Both the position numbers and the translations under genes were made by a program. A model generated the notes under the pieces. It was not told where the DNA came from, searched no databases, and saw only the letters and a list, made by a program, of their open reading frames with translations. Positions 31,538 through 47,300 of a stretch of DNA of 64,000 nucleotides are shown here, in pieces. The number at the start of each line of letters is the position of its first letter. Position 1 is the stretch's first letter. Location of the stretch: positions 4,762,301 to 4,826,300 of the forward strand of contig CM082577.2 in the NCBI GenBank assembly GCA_040954595.2, read 5' to 3'. Source of the DNA: Balanoglossus misakiensis. Lineage: Eukaryota; Animalia; Hemichordata.

Positions 31538-34500
31538 ATGTCAGGACCTGTAGAAAGATGGCTGGAGACGTTTATGTGCAAGCAATACGCCGAAATGTTT
31601 GAAAAGTACGGCTACAAGACTCTGTCGTCGGTGAGTCGACTGTAGCTTTTCCCGGTAGCTTGCTTGCTCTAGTCATAAGCGGTGTGTGTAGTACGCATGT
31701 TTAACGTATCAACTAGTCTGGAATTCTGTTCTGATGGGGGGTTTTTCTGTCTGTATTTTTCACACAGGTCTGCCAGCTAGACAGGCATACCCTGCGGTCT
31801 ATGGGAGTATCTGAAGACCACTGTGACAAAGTACTGGAGAACGTCTCCGTTCTGAGGCAAACTATTGTCGGTACGTGAACCGTGTGTGCGTGTGTGACAC
31901 GCTGAGGATGTAGTAAGAAGAGTGTATACATTACTTCATTTACTTGTACTGTATCTCTTGCACGCATCAAACCCCAAACACATGCTTATGCTCTCGCCTT
32001 CTATTCAGGTGCAACTCCATGAAATTATAGTCCCTGTCTCACAGAAACCCGATGAGACATGTTTGTTTTTATTCGGGGGGAACACTCAAAAAGTCTTCCT
32101 GTGTGTGCTGATGCAGTACACCTTTTTTTCACAAATTCTCCCCTCCTCCCCAAAAACCCGGATGCCTAAAATCTCAACACACTCTCTTCACCCACACCTT
32201 GCTATGTATGTTTACTATGTCGGTGCTTACACTCTACCTTTTGCTCTGTTTAATAATCTTGTCTCTCTTTCTCTCTCTCTCTTTTCTCTCTTTCTTTTCT
32301 CTCGTCTTTTTTTTGTCCACGTATTCATTGATTCCTTATCCAGCAGGGACCGAATCACCCAAGACTCGCACCTTCCCTGATCTGAATGTGCTGGCGTCGG
32401 ATGCCCCAGAGCCCCCGGGGGAGCCTCCTCCCGCGGTCCCCAATCCTGTAGTCAACCCTGCTAGTTCTGCATTGCGTTCAGTGGCAATGAGCTACCAGGG
32501 TAAGCAAAGCCTTGTTGCGCCTTGATGTCTTTCTCTCCTTCTTCCTTCTAGCTTTTCTGTAAAAAAAAAAGAGCAGCTGCGGTCGGTCGCTCGTGCCATA
32601 TATAATCACAGCTCGTGTGTTCTCTACAGGTAAAGCGAATTTAGAGAAACAAGCAGGTGCGCCTACCTCCCCTCCGTTTAACTCGTTTTCCGGAATGTCT
32701 GCGCAGCCGCCGGGACAGCAGTTCTTTCCCGAGAACCAGGGCTACGGAGAGTTTCCACACGGCCAAATGAGGCCCCAGAGCAGGACAGGTGACTTCGTAG
32801 GACCACAAAATCCACAGGGACCAGGAGAAATGGTAAGAGAACATTCACTCTCACTCTTTTCCACACACGTCCTGTCCATGACACCGACTCATATTACAGC
32901 TTCAAATACACACACTTTCATGTGTTATTCTCAAAGTCAGGTACCTAATGAAGTAGATGGTGAAAGTCTCCTTGTATAAAGTTTTATTCCAAACACTGGA
33001 ATTATTAGTTCAATTCGAAGGACATAGAAATTTCATTGATAGCCGAACTCTTGCATTATTACCCTGTGTGAGATTGTTTTCACATTTGGAAAGCCCTTTC
33101 ACCCCACGCCACACATGCCCAAAACCTTCACTGGTGGAAATTCAACACCGTTCACGGCGCGTGTTTATGTAAAGTTGGTTTGCCGAGTAGACAGAGGTAC
33201 GTGGGGGAAGCTGCGAAACGAAATTGCCACATCGGTATAAAATCTTGAGGATCTGTGTTCGATGAATCAGGCAGAGAGGGATTCAGCGCAGACGCCTTGT
33301 GGGAGTTGAGTGAATCTGATTTAAATATCAATGATTTGGTTGGTGATAGCCTCTAGCTCTGTTGTGACCTGCTTGGTGTATAGTGATGACACACATTGAT
33401 GGGGTCAGCTGATTGTTGGGAACCTCTTTTCTGGATTATTATAACCGGCTTAAGAAAGCCAGTCGGCCTGAATGCCCCCCAAAATGTATATAATATGTGT
33501 AATATACTTTTGTTAGTAGAAGCGCAAAAGATGTCCTGAATTCCTAAAGTTGTACTCTGTCTATACCATAAAACAAAATTCTACTGAGTGAACGGGATTG
33601 ACCAAATTACAAGCAAGTCAACCGCATTAAAACAACTATTTACACTTAATTAAACTTCATCAATAATGAATTAAACACAGACGAAGTCGAGTGGGTAGAG
33701 TGTGCATGTGACTGATTAAATAGTAACATACAGAACTACCGTGTTGCCTTAGGGTATGAGCACCTGTAACAGGACAATCATTGAATGAAAGGGGACTAAT
33801 ATTTATCAGTGGGTGCTATTTTGGGCGACGGTGAACAGGAAGCCAAGTCTCGATTCTAACTCTGAATCAAGTTTAGTGCTGTTACGAATACAATTAAAGA
33901 GAATAATTTGATGATTCACAGCATAATTGGACAAGGGCTCTTTACACTGAAGTTGATATATAAACTTAATTTGGGGTCTGAAATAATTTGAATTGTGCTC
34001 TTAAATGAACTCTCACAAAATGTACGTTACATATTGTTTTATTTTAATAATTAGTGTAGTACTTGTAGTGCAGATTGAATTTAATTCCCCATATTCTCAT
34101 ATTATACATAAAGTACAATGTAATTCTAGGAAAGATGCACTGAATCAATAATGCAACGTAGATTCGCTGAAAATAACCCAACTTTACCTAGGCATTAAAT
34201 ATGCAAGATGTGATAGCAGTAGAGTAATACAAGCATATTTGTCAGACTCATGCCCTGAAGTACAAAATTAGAATCACATTAATCTGGTTATCCCTGGTAA
34301 CATTTTCCATTGGGATGTTGTGTCTTTTTTCACCCTGGGTGTTTTCAGTGTTTGGTAAAAGATAACTGATGTTAATTTTCAGCTGTATAAAAGAAAATTC
34401 AATTCAATTTTTCACCACATTTCCAAACATTTAAGTCAGTCTTCACCACTGAATGCAATAAAAACAGATCAGAGGTTGGCGATGCAGATGCCACTGTATT

Positions 34501-37500
34501 GAATGTGGGAGCTTGCTTATGTGTGCATGAGGTTCAGTCAGTGATGTCATGATGTGCTAGTAAATCAGACACAACAAGGTCTGAGGAGAGGGCTGTTTCT
34601 AATTTGTATTCTCTGCCCACCATTCGTCTAAACAGAGAGGGAGTTGTGTGGTGTCAAAGTCGTGAGATGGATGTTTATGACCAGCAGAGACTGCAGAGAT
34701 TCCGGGGGGGCTGTTTTTGCTGTACAGACAGCGTCTTGTTAATTTCTGTGGGGAATTTTGTGATAGTTTCTCTGATTAGAACTCGGTGCTGTCTGGCTGC
34801 TTTGAGACGGTGGTGTAACACGTGTGCACTGCATTGTAGATAGCTTGCTGTGTCCATTCCATTGCGAATGACGTAGCTGTGAAATAGAATACAACTACAA
34901 GCACGGCTTGTACGTTGTTGTGAATAAGGCCTATGTAGGCTGTTGCAGTGACAATGCTGTTTGAACTTGCTGGGACTGAGTATAGATGTGTCTGGCAGTG
35001 GCCCCCTAAAATGTTTGTTTGAGACACGAGTGTCAATAATGAACTGTCCTTGGGCTTTGGAGAAAAAAAGACTCCAAGGATTACCTACATACTATTACAT
35101 CTTCACAGTCTGTCATCTACAATGGGCTTTATGTGAAAGCCTGGTTTTAAATAATACGTGTCTATAGAAAACGTATGCTGTAAAAGAAGAAAAAATAACA
35201 TCAGAATCTAGTTTCCTTTTTCAGGGACATCTGTTTCAAATGAAGTGCCCTGTGACAGTGTTTTCTGGTCATGTTATTCAATACTGTATAGTGCTTTGAT
35301 GGTCTGGCAGAACATAACGAGTGTTTGCTCTTTGCACAATACACTATGTCTTGAACGGTTTGTGTTGCATTTTGAATAGTAGTCAGTGAATGTACCAACC
35401 ATACGACAGTGTACGTGTATTTTGTGCTCTTGATGAAGTTACTTTTCATCCTATTTGTCCACGCCAGGGTAAATCTGATATGTTAAACAACTTGGGATTG
35501 ATGAAGCTTGAAATGTTATAATGATTAAGTTGGGACACGGGGTTCTATCCTGAAATTCCAACTGAACATGACTGTGGTCAGTGAAAACTAATGCATGTAG
35601 GGTAATGAGAAAACCAAAGAAGTTGTGGAATGACATCACATGGTCACTCATGTTCAGTTTCGATAACGACTCTAAACATAGACACCTTTGTCACTGCTTT
35701 GAGAAATTATGTATTGCCATCGCCTGAATGACATGATTTTGTTCCACAACCGTTATTCAGAAGTCCCTGTACGTTTATTACTGTACACACATTGTGTGTC
35801 CTGTGATGACCTTTGACCCTGAATGATAGGCATGTCACATGTGCCACTCTGCTACTCTCTTGGTCATGGGAAAGGTTTTCAATGCAGTGGCCCTCCCGAG
35901 TCATCATCAACAGCATTTGCATTTGGCTCGCTTGCTTTAATATACTTGCCGTATGGAACTGGAACAGAGCCGCGCTGGGAAATGGCGTTGCGGGCTGACA
36001 TGAATTATTAGTCCATCAATACTGGTCTTCTGGTAGTCCCAGCGGGCGTTGTAAAATTATGGCTCTTTCTGAGTGCATTGCTGAGATGAAATTGAAACGC
36101 GTCAATGGTGTTTTTTTGTACAGGCATCATGTATTTGTGTCACCAGGGTGAACAGCCCAGTATGTCGTGTTCCCACATTGCCAGAGCAATGGAAAACACG
36201 CTGTTCTTTGTGTCTTTTTTGATTTTTTGGAAAACAATGACCTTGCAACGTGTGCTGCTTCCATTTGATCCATGAAATGGATGGTGAAAAGTAGTTTCTG
36301 TGACACTGTGGGGTCAGAGGTCAAAGGTTACAACCATGTTCTGATTACAGTGGCAGGTGTTATGGCTGCGTTCACTTCTATGTTTGTAAAAAGCCACACA
36401 CAGAGGTTAGTTCCTGTTGTGTTTTGGATTAAAAATCGGTCTGAATTAAACCGTTGAATGATCAAAAATACAACCATGTTCTGATTACAGTGGCAGGTGT
36501 TATGGCTGCGTTCACTTCTATGTTTGTAAAAAGCCACACACAGAGGTTAGTTCCTGTTGTGTTTTGGATTAAAAATCGGTCTGAATTAAACCGTTGAATG
36601 ATCAAAAATACTTGAATTCAGTGTTAAGACTGGCACTCTCTTCCTATGAAAATTGATATGACAGATTTTTTATCAAACAAACTTGTTGGAAAATTCACAC
36701 TTCTTACTATTGTGACAGAGGAAAACTGGAACTGAAATTGTATTTCTTCAGTCAGTTTTTAGATTTGATTTGTGACTGTGACAGTTTACATTTATGGTAA
36801 TGCAAGCGATGTTTCGTGCATTATTTGCAAGGCACAAAAACGGCTAATTCAATCCTCATCGCGATAACTCAGAGTAATGGCAAATTGTAAAACAAGTCCA
36901 ATTTATATACATGTGTGTGTGAATCTGAATAATTAATGGCTATATTTTATATAGTTTGGTCGGTGACAGCATGAGGCCATTATCAGAAGAAAAAAATGTA
37001 CTTTGGAGTGTATTCTATTTTTAGAAGGAAGTATAAGAGTCCCACCGTCTGTGCCTGCTCATGAAATGTCGATAAAATATGCCTCATTTTTGCAATGAAA
37101 GTGTGATTCCCTTGCAATGTATTAACTTTTGATGGAATTGTTTGTTCAGTTCCACTTTTATTTTCCACCAGACCCGCATAAAATTTCAGAATTTAAATGT
37201 GGCGCTTGTAATGTTTGTATAAGAGGAAGTCAATCACGGTAAAACAAAATCAGAGTCAAGGTGAATTCAAATGACAGAAGACAATTTTGCAGTCAACTAC
37301 ACAAAACAGTGATAGATGCAGATGTTTTCACACTAAAATGGAAATTCCGTTCATATTTAAATTTAACATTAGTTTATCCGATGGGTGTTTCCATGAATAG
37401 CATATTAAGCTCTCAGACAATCACATCACAGCATCACACTTGCAATGTGACAGATCCCCAAGGATTGGATCATTTTGGATGAAGGTAGCTTGTTTCTCTG

Positions 37501-38246
37501 CGCTAATGAGAGAACGCGTTCTATTCTGGTTGGGCCGTGTGACATACACGTATATTACCGCAACACGTCCATCATATTCCTGAAAGCATACTGCTGTTAT
37601 CATGGAGATTCAGCAGATGGATTTGTCCGCTCGATCCCGCGATGACTAGTGATGACAGCAGGCTTATAACGGGCATGGGATTAGCCAGGGTTAACACGCA
37701 CAAGTAGGGCAGCATTTGTAAGGTTAAGCTCAAGTTGGTTTCAGTGGATCACCTTGGATTAGCTTTCAGTATGAAGCATACCCGGGCACTGATTTGACTC
37801 CAGCTATTAGGCAGACGTGATTTACTACATAGATGATTGATCAGTGCCACTCCAATCAGATTAATACAACAGCTAATTTTGTTCTGTAAATCTCGTCATC
37901 TTAAATCTCCATTCTGAAAATCAGCGATCTTCCTCATTTCGCCCCGGCCGTCTTTGTTTAATACCACTCTCCCAACGTTAATGGTGGGCAGCGGTGTCGA
38001 CCGTTGACCTGGGCTGTCATCAATTCAGTTGTTGTTGATACTGCTCTGACAGCATTAGTCATAAGCTGTCAGAAGGCGCATCGTGGGGTTCCCCCCAGTT
38101 ACTCGGAACATCTGCATAACTCTCACCATCAGCTTCCTCTGATCTGTTGGTTCTTTGGCTCATTCGTTCTCTATAAATCAGTTCTTCTCATTGTCCATCA
38201 TCATCACCATCACCACCATCACCATCATCATCACCATCACCATCAC

Positions 38247-38332
<86 letters not shown>

Positions 38333-41300
38333 ACGATGTATATTGGGAAAAGTAAAGTTTGCCCCGATGCTGCTTAAATTACCAAACTGCCAGTATATGT
38401 TTCAGAAAGCATAATATTAAAAAGTGGTGACAGTAGTACCAGTACATTGTACCACATACATGTAGCCTGGAAACTTGATTTGGAATAACATGTCGGGCTG
38501 ACTTGTGTGGGATTGTGATAACCTCTGCCCATTGTGAAATATTTATGAAAGAGTCATACATGATATGCACTATAGAAAGCTACTTCCCTGTTCTGTCACT
38601 AACTGTCTGTCCAGATGTTGTGTCCCCTCTCTTAGGATTGCTAACGAGAACTAGACCTGTTTACATCACCTTGGCAACTGTTTCATTAGTCATGGACAAT
38701 GTGCCAAGCCGTTTATAAACACGGCTTGGGAAGTTATTGCAAGTGTCAATCATTCCAGGGGGGTGCATTGACCCATGGATGATGATGTAGCACATAGGAT
38801 AATTTAATCCCAAAGCTCTCAAGGCTATGCAGATTTTACTATGTTAACACCTCCGGAGGTTATCTGAGCTTGACTGTACATCGTAATCTACGAATTATCT
38901 CTGCCGGCAAAACATCCACCGTAACATTTTCAAGATCATATACTTTGATAAAATTTACATTTGTGATGGATGGGGGAGGAACATGCGGCTAATCTTTGTA
39001 ATGTTGAAATGACTGCAAAGCAAAAAAGGTAGAGTAGACTGCTGTGTTGTGTTTGATTTTACTTCACACATGTGTACTGTACTGTACTGTACGCACATGT
39101 GTATAGACTGTTGTTATGGACATCAAATTGACTAGAAATATTTATGGTTACAGCTTATGAACCGTGAAATCCTTCCCACAAACCATCCCTGTCAATCAAA
39201 GTTTTTTATATGGTTGGCCATAGTGCCGGTAGTTAACAGGATAACAACATTATATAAACATTTAGGTAGGCAAAAAATCTTTCCTGTTAATTGGCCTGGA
39301 TGGTTTAAATATGATATAAAATGCTACTTTTATGGGTGACTGGCTTTGTATACTTTGGGTTATTCGCACATGTTTCAGTCACCTAAACTATCATATATAC
39401 CTTCAGCAAAAGACCCACTAAACTGTAATTTTTTACTGTTTCTTCGGTATTTTTGTTTTGTCTATCGACTAAATTAAAAAGGATAAAATTTAGTCATGCT
39501 CTCTCTCTATTCATTTTATGAGAACCGAATATCATGGTGCTTTATAAATCAGATTTGTAGTAATTCAACAGAACCCTGTGTAAAAGAGGCTATGATTGTA
39601 CAGGGAGGACAATCATGCAGTGGAAACATTCTTTCTGTCAGTCTGGAAAATAGACTTTTGTTGATAAACACTGCTACTGTGATTGATGGGGGTAAACCAT
39701 ATGTTGGTAATATTACAGGGATTACATTGCTGGCCAGGCTTGGGTGAGAATATTAACCTAGTGGTTCATGGATATCGTTACTGGCTCTGACTGGCGTAAA
39801 TAATTCACACGCCCCTTGCTGCACAAACGTCAGGGACGGTCTTGCTGGATGTGGTGTTGTATGCTCATGGTTATACATTGGGACTTTGGTAACCCAATCC
39901 TCGTGCTGAATTTTTCAAATTTTCTGTGAATAATGACATTGTTGGTTGGAGTCGGTGAATCCAGAAAATTCTGACTGAATTTTGCTTGGGGATGCTACTT
40001 CCTAATATCAGACAGTGTCTCATAACCTATGAACATTTCTTGGTTATGCAAAAAAAATCATGAATGCCTCTTTCAGCTTATATGTTGTATACAACTTACA
40101 TGTACATCAGAGATTCTATATCTGGTGTTGATTGCCAAAATACATGCCCTGTGTTTGGTGTGGAGGGCCTACACAGTACTGAACCACTCAGAAAACAACT
40201 GCATACCACGATACATGTACCATGTTGTACAATTGGTCCATGATGAAAGACAGGCTTTCAAACAGTTGTTTTTCAGTTTCAAGTGATAGTCTGAGTGTGT
40301 TTTTGTTGCATTTGTCAAGTCGTGTTTGCTTTGGTGGGGCAACAGTGATACAGACAGACGCGAATGGGCAGGGTAGGGTCTGGAATTTCAAAACCAGAAA
40401 CATCCTGTGTTTGCAACATTATTCTAATGTCAGTTCTTTTATATAGGAAGGGTTGGGATTTTAAAAAAAACATGTCTATTGTATATTAGCAGATGGGTGG
40501 GTCACTTTGATGTAATTCAGGCGGTTTACGTGTTCACTCAAATGAGAACATCTTGACAGCGCGAGTTGCACTCAATATTCTGATCTCAGGCAGTTTGAAT
40601 ACAGACAGCCTGATTGTAGTTTGAGCAGAGTGATCCAAGCATGGGAATGAAACAGATTATTGATTTCAAGGAGGGGAAAAAGATACATTCCTTGAGGCAG
40701 TAAGATTGAGTGTACCACGCGGTGCTCATAGGGCTTCAAAATAATGAAACTGCCCCATAAATTATACAATAACATGGAAACTCTATCTCTGTCACCGAGT
40801 ATGGAAACAAATTGAATGGAATAGGACAAGAATATGCGATACGAGACTCCGGGGTATATCTCCTGGATTTGAAATTACAGAAAGTCAGAGGTAGAGTTTG
40901 AGTTATGAGCAAATCGTTTTGTCAAGTGCAGCGTGGCAATTGTTTTCCTGTGGAAAAGAAATGAACATGTGAGTGTGAGTTAGTAGTTGTTACTATAAAA
41001 ATTGTACCGTAAAAAAACATCTATTCTAGGATATAGTAGATCTCGAATAAAGCTACATCACTGCCCATGTTATCAGTGACTGTACATGTGTACAATATAT
41101 TGGAAAACCTGGCAGTAAAGTGCTATTTGGTGTATTCGCATTTCTGTTTCTGTGATAATGATATCACCTCCTCCCTTGCCCACTACAGACAACAGTGTTA
41201 CAAATTCCGATTCCAGTTTTCTCCACTGAGTGTCGTCGCAAAAAGAACACGATTTGGATTTTCTTTCGCATTTGGAAAATTGCGTGCACCAGTGTGCTAT

Positions 41301-44300
41301 GCTGGCTGTGTCCAGGCAACCTGTACACTTATATATAGGTTGTTGCTAGGGCAACTGGGTTGTTATAGCTGAGCAGTGGTTTCCTCTGCTGGTATTTTAG
41401 TAGCAGTATATAGGCTTTATGTATAGAGTGCATAATTCCTGTCAGCTTCTGAGAAACGATGTTTGGAAATTTCTACTGCATCTTGTTGATGACTAGGCTT
41501 GTCAGGACTCATTTTAAAAAAAGCCTCACGTTTGTTTATCCATTTATCGGTCCCTGTGGATGAAGCTTTTTTTGGGGTCTACTAATGGCATTGACTTGTT
41601 CTTGATACATCATGTGACTATCAACAAGGAACGTCCATGATGCTGGTATAAAATTAGTAGAATTTATTCAGTTTAAGGTTTTCGGGTTGTTGCTGTAGTC
41701 AGATTATTTATAATCATTTTATTTTTATAATAAAAATCTTGATTTTTCTATTTCCGTAGGTAATCCTTGCGACAGTTAATGATACCACAGATTTATTTTG
41801 AATTGTCGTTCTCTGCTTTGGAAAAGGGAGTAGAAAGTAGCTTTTACTGTACATGTATGTCTGGTACATTTGCAGAATTGCACCTGTCTTACCCTAATAG
41901 GTAGCTAAACACCATTTATTACAACAGTGAGTGGTGTCATGTTGGGTGCAGATTGACATGGTCCAGGTGTTAAACTTGGAGGGAAAAATAGAAGGCAGGG
42001 GAGAGAGAGTCTTGATTCGAGTTTAGAGTCCTATCACAGAGATCAGTCATCTAATACATTGCAGGTTTCTTTAGCTGTTTGTTTAGCAAAGATCATTCAA
42101 GATGGATCAGGTTATTATTTTGTGGTTATGATACATTTGTATTTGTATGGCTGCATGCTCAGTGTGATTTCAGTGGTTGAATTTTTTGTGTGGAGATAGG
42201 GGGCCTCGCGTGAACCCCACCAACCCTGACAAGAGACTGCTTCAGTGAAATTGTATATTAATAGCTGTCAGTGAGTATAAATCTAATAATTATAATTCCC
42301 AAATACCGAAATATAATTTCATTATTGCATAGGTGCTGTTTCATCCTCATAAAATCCATTCTTTTCTGTACATAGTTTAAAATTAAAATGGTAAATTGTG
42401 GATGTTTTGTTACATTGGTTGTGAGTGACACAGAAAATCGGGGCTTCAAAAATTTATTTTCACAATGACTGCAAAATTTGTGTACGTACGCAATCGCAGC
42501 AATATATTGCTAGGAAATATGAAAATGAGTGATCTATAATTAGTTTCCTGATTTTGTTGAATGTTACTGCTATATATGCAAGTTTAACATAATACAAAAT
42601 GTGAATTCAAATTGTCTCTCACGAGGATGTGTACTCCTGATGGCGTAGCACTTGTGTGATTAATATGCAAGGTCAGTGTGTGTAGCCATGGACTACCACA
42701 TCCGAAGTCATAACTGCGTTGTGTGTGATGTTCAGCGTTTGTCAGTGTACATGTACGCAAGGCAACTGTAACCGTTGCATTGTGTAGCGAGCAGCGATCG
42801 TTTTGTTTCTGTGGCAGATCTGACAGCCTGATGAATGCACATCATTGCCAGACATTCCTTTGTGCGTGAATGTGGCATTGTGCGGGATAAAACCGTAAAT
42901 AAAGAATAGGCTTTTTGTTCGGCCGTATGGGCGCTTGGAAAGTGAAGAGCTGGGCAACGTTCAGATCTGTTGGCTGCAGAGTTTGTGGCTGTGATGATGT
43001 GCTTGCCAAAGAATTGACCTTGTTCGTAGTGGCGTATTTGTATATGATGGATTTCCCCCGCTGCTGCTTGTTTTGTGAACCCCCTAGCTATGATGACCTC
43101 AGAAGGTCACCGCACTGCATTGTACATATTCATAGTACGTTTTCACCGACGAGAGATTGCAATGTGTACGTTGGTCTTCCTGAATTGATGAACACCTTTG
43201 AGAAGTGTTTAGATGTGAATAATGCAACAACAAATAATTGCTAAACAAAACAGTATACATTTTATCATTTTCTCTAGTGTAGATGTTTACAATACATGCT
43301 AATATTATTATTATAATATCATAACAAACATACATCTCTTGATCTATTCCTCCGGGGCTTGTGTTTGAAAATATCAAAGGCACTGGAAGAAAAAGCTTTT
43401 ATACCTGTTGTTTCCTGTGTCAGGGTCAAGATTTGTCGTAGCTGTTCATTCATAACAGAGGTCATGTCCCTCGAAGTACAAATGTTTGGTTGGGTGACCT
43501 ACAGTAGTAAACTGGTGACCATATATACTGAAAGGATCGCATGTGGCATGCGGGGAGTATTGCGTAGGGCAATACACGATCTGTTTTGAAGTTGAATGCC
43601 AGTATGGTGTCGTATGATATCGTGACTCTGCACGTCAACAGAAACGGCAGTTGCACCTAGACTTCAGTAGAAGGTTTAGCCAGGAGTCATAATAGGTCTA
43701 CTTAATAGGAATATAATGTCACACACTGACTACTGCTGTGCACTGTGGTATAGAGACATTATGTGATGTAAACAAATATATATGGATGAGCGCACACACG
43801 GGAAAACACATATTTCTGTTGTCATTTTATGCACATGGTACAGTTGATCTGTTTGTACCATGGTGCGTTCCATTTCGAGGTTTCTCCTCATCCTATTGTG
43901 GGTATAAACTGTTGCACTGCCTAAATGTGTGGACATTGTAACTTCCTCTGAGTGGTTTTCTGTGTGTTCACACTCATGTACATGAGATATGATCCCAAGG
44001 ATGTGTACCATTTGAAACCCTTCATAGTGGATTTAGGAAGCTCTCATTTTGCATGTCACCTTGACTTTAGGTACACAGATTTTGAGCACATTTGTTTACT
44101 ACAGAATGGCTATTTGCATGACCTTTGCATCACCCAAGAGCCTGTCAGTCCGACACGAGCCCCACTGCTGGTAATCACATTCATGGTGTTTCATCCACGA
44201 TATTCAACTGGCGAACTGTACGTCCATACCCCAAATTTATTACTATATGACTCATCTCAGAACAAAATTTGAATTGTGCGTAGTCACCAAAACAAGATGA

Positions 44301-47300
44301 CCGAAGTGAAACAAATCACATACCACATGGAAGTACAGTATTTAGGGTCAAGCATGGGTCATGAAGTACCCTATTCATAGATGTCATTGCCCTTCTCTGG
44401 GCGATTCTATTACATTTAGTGTTGTCTTGGCGCCTGTTTGTCAATGCACGGATCAGCCTGGTGGCAATTTCTTTACTTGCAAATAATTGTGTAATTTTTT
44501 TGGCCATGTATTGTTTCTTCATTTATTTCTTATTGCTCAACCCCTCTGTTGTTGTCAATGCAGCCACTCCTTGCCGCACCCACATAAATCCTGCAAAAAG
44601 TCAGCCTTGACAGTGTCTATCTCCCAGACTGATAAACTGCACAGTGACAGATGTTTTATACAACAATCTCTCTTGCATGTCATAGACAGATGTTGATTGC
44701 CAAGTGTTTTAGTGCTTGTCAAAGTAGCTGTCAAGCATGTGTGCTTGTTATGGGTACATTCTTGTTGGTGTATAACTATAATCAGGAGAGTTTGTGAACT
44801 GGCGTAGTAGTAGTCAAGAAAAATTGTCCTTTGATTGGCCAATTGTCTGCAAACAAGTGTATGGATAACTGCGTAACTTTTGAAATTTATTCATGTACAA
44901 AAAAAATTTAGTGCACAGCGTGTGACCCAAAACACGAGTGGCAGAGATCAGCAGAGCTCAGGGAGTGTATTTGAGCTGTGTAAATTCATACTTGAACCGC
45001 ATCACCCATATTTTCCTGTGCATGGTTGCTATCATACCCACGGATTGCAGTGGCACTATACGTAGTTTAGAATTGTAATAGGAAATGGCGACTGTCGAAA
45101 TGGAGGAATTTTGATGTCCCATGTCAGGCAGTGATCCTAATGAAATATGTTATTGCAACTTAGTAATATTATAGCTCGAGGACAAATATTTTGTTGCATA
45201 TCAATAAACCCCTTCAGCTGTGTAGTTCATGTGCACTTCTGTCGAGGAATTGAATCTGAAATTCATGACATACTCTACATATTAAAGGTTTACTACTGTT
45301 GGTTGTTCTGGTCCTAATACAGCAAGGTTAAATGCATAGTGTGCAGATTGGAAAAGAAAATGTACTTGATACACAAAACAAAACAGTACATGTACTAAAA
45401 TAGTGAGACTTTACAGATACATGTAGCAGCCCTTTTGGAAATGTATTGAGTGATAATACTTTACTCGGGTATAACCTGTCTGTTTAAACTTTAATGTACA
45501 TTTATATGTATGAAAGAATGATTTATTTACTTGGGCAGACCAGCAATTTGTGCAATTGATGTCTACCATTGATGAGGTCATCATGCATGCAATAAGCACA
45601 GGACTTGTAATTAGCATGGGTTTAGTTCCTTCTCTGGCCATGAGCAAATGGCAAACCTGAAACCATACATTGGTGATGTTGTTTTGTCGTGATATAGATT
45701 GTAGAATTAAGTAGTATTTGATGTTCACGTTGCCATGAAGAAGTAAGCGGTATTCAGCTTGGCCTGCAATCAGTACTGGTTCATCTCCTCCGAACAGAGT
45801 TGAGCAAATCACACGGAGCGCCCACCAATGCTTGATAATGACTGCAATTTCACAGTTCACAGATGTTAAGAAAATCGTTGTTGGTTATCTCACCCCCAAC
45901 TCCCCCCGACTTGATGAACTGCTGCAGTTACCTTTGATGTCGGTGATCGCAGTTAAGACCGCGGTAATGAATAGCCACGCCGAGAGATACCCAATTATAC
46001 AACGCGCTGCCCGCCGTTGCAGCATTTCATTGTCGGAGCCGACCTCAGGTCAGATTTATCACAGGCTGTCATCGCCTGATTCGTGTTGCCTGGAATCTCA
46101 TTTGATGGACTTATACACATCATTTATTATGGATGATGGAAAAGACGTTTTTTGAAAATGAACAGTCAGGCAATCACATGTCACATTTAGCCTACATGTA
46201 TTGATGGGGACGCCCACTTCCCCATAGTAGAATGGTAGGTCAGATGACAATTTATACTTGCTTCAATCTCACTGACTTCTCCATTTTATGTCAATTACAA
46301 GAAAATGCATTTTTTAAAGAAACATAAACAGTACTTCAGATTGATAATTTCTTGGTTCATCAGGCCTTCACTTTTCTCAATCCGTGATTTCTGTTCTGTA
46401 ATCTGAATAATTTCCTCAGGCTAATCTTATCCTGCTGGTCACGTGATTATTCCTGCTGGATGGGTACTGTACTGTGTTAATCCCATATGACTTCCTGTTA
46501 CAGATAAGTCCTTGTTGCTTCATTGCAGTTTAATACACCACACTTCGATCAGACTGTCATAAAGTAAACATCAATCAATCATAGTTAGTACTCCTCATCA
46601 ATACCATCAAATGTGAAGGTATGGGAAGATACATGTATAAACCAAATTACATCATTTCTCTTTCTTTTGTCTGTTGACATAGTCCCATTTCTGCCCTTTG
46701 GACAAAAAATATGTTTATATTTTAACCCGTTTTGCTGGACAACTTTTGGCCCTGAACTTTGGGTGGGAGGTGCTCCCTGGTGGAAACTTATTTGGCTGTG
46801 AGTGCCGTCGGCTATTTGGGGGTCAGGCTAATGCCCTCTACAGTTGACCTGACAACCTCTGTGCTGCCTGTATAGCCCACACACTAAATGTGTAAATTAA
46901 CACATACAAGGTGTTGTGTTAGCTGTTAGGATAGTTTAGGTATCATTTACAGAAATTGAGAATGAAGTATTCTTCAGTTCAGATTACATTTTAGGTCAAT
47001 CTCGTGTCAAGTGTTGGTTGGTTATGGATGCCTGAGCGATATGATTCTACCCTCAAGTTCATTTCAGGATTCTTGTGGTACATTTCCTGTAGTAGGTGTG
47101 AATGTGAGGGAAGGCAAGTGCATCGATCTGTAACCTATATAACAAGAGATCAAAGAATGGAGGAAGTACTTCAAGTAGATTCACTAACCCACTGCAGCTT
47201 TCTAGATTTTCCCCGCAGGTTTTGGACCGTTTCTCAGCGTCCAGTGTTTTCTCCATTTGCATGCCAGTGGTTCTTGGTGCCAAACATTTATGTCGCAATC

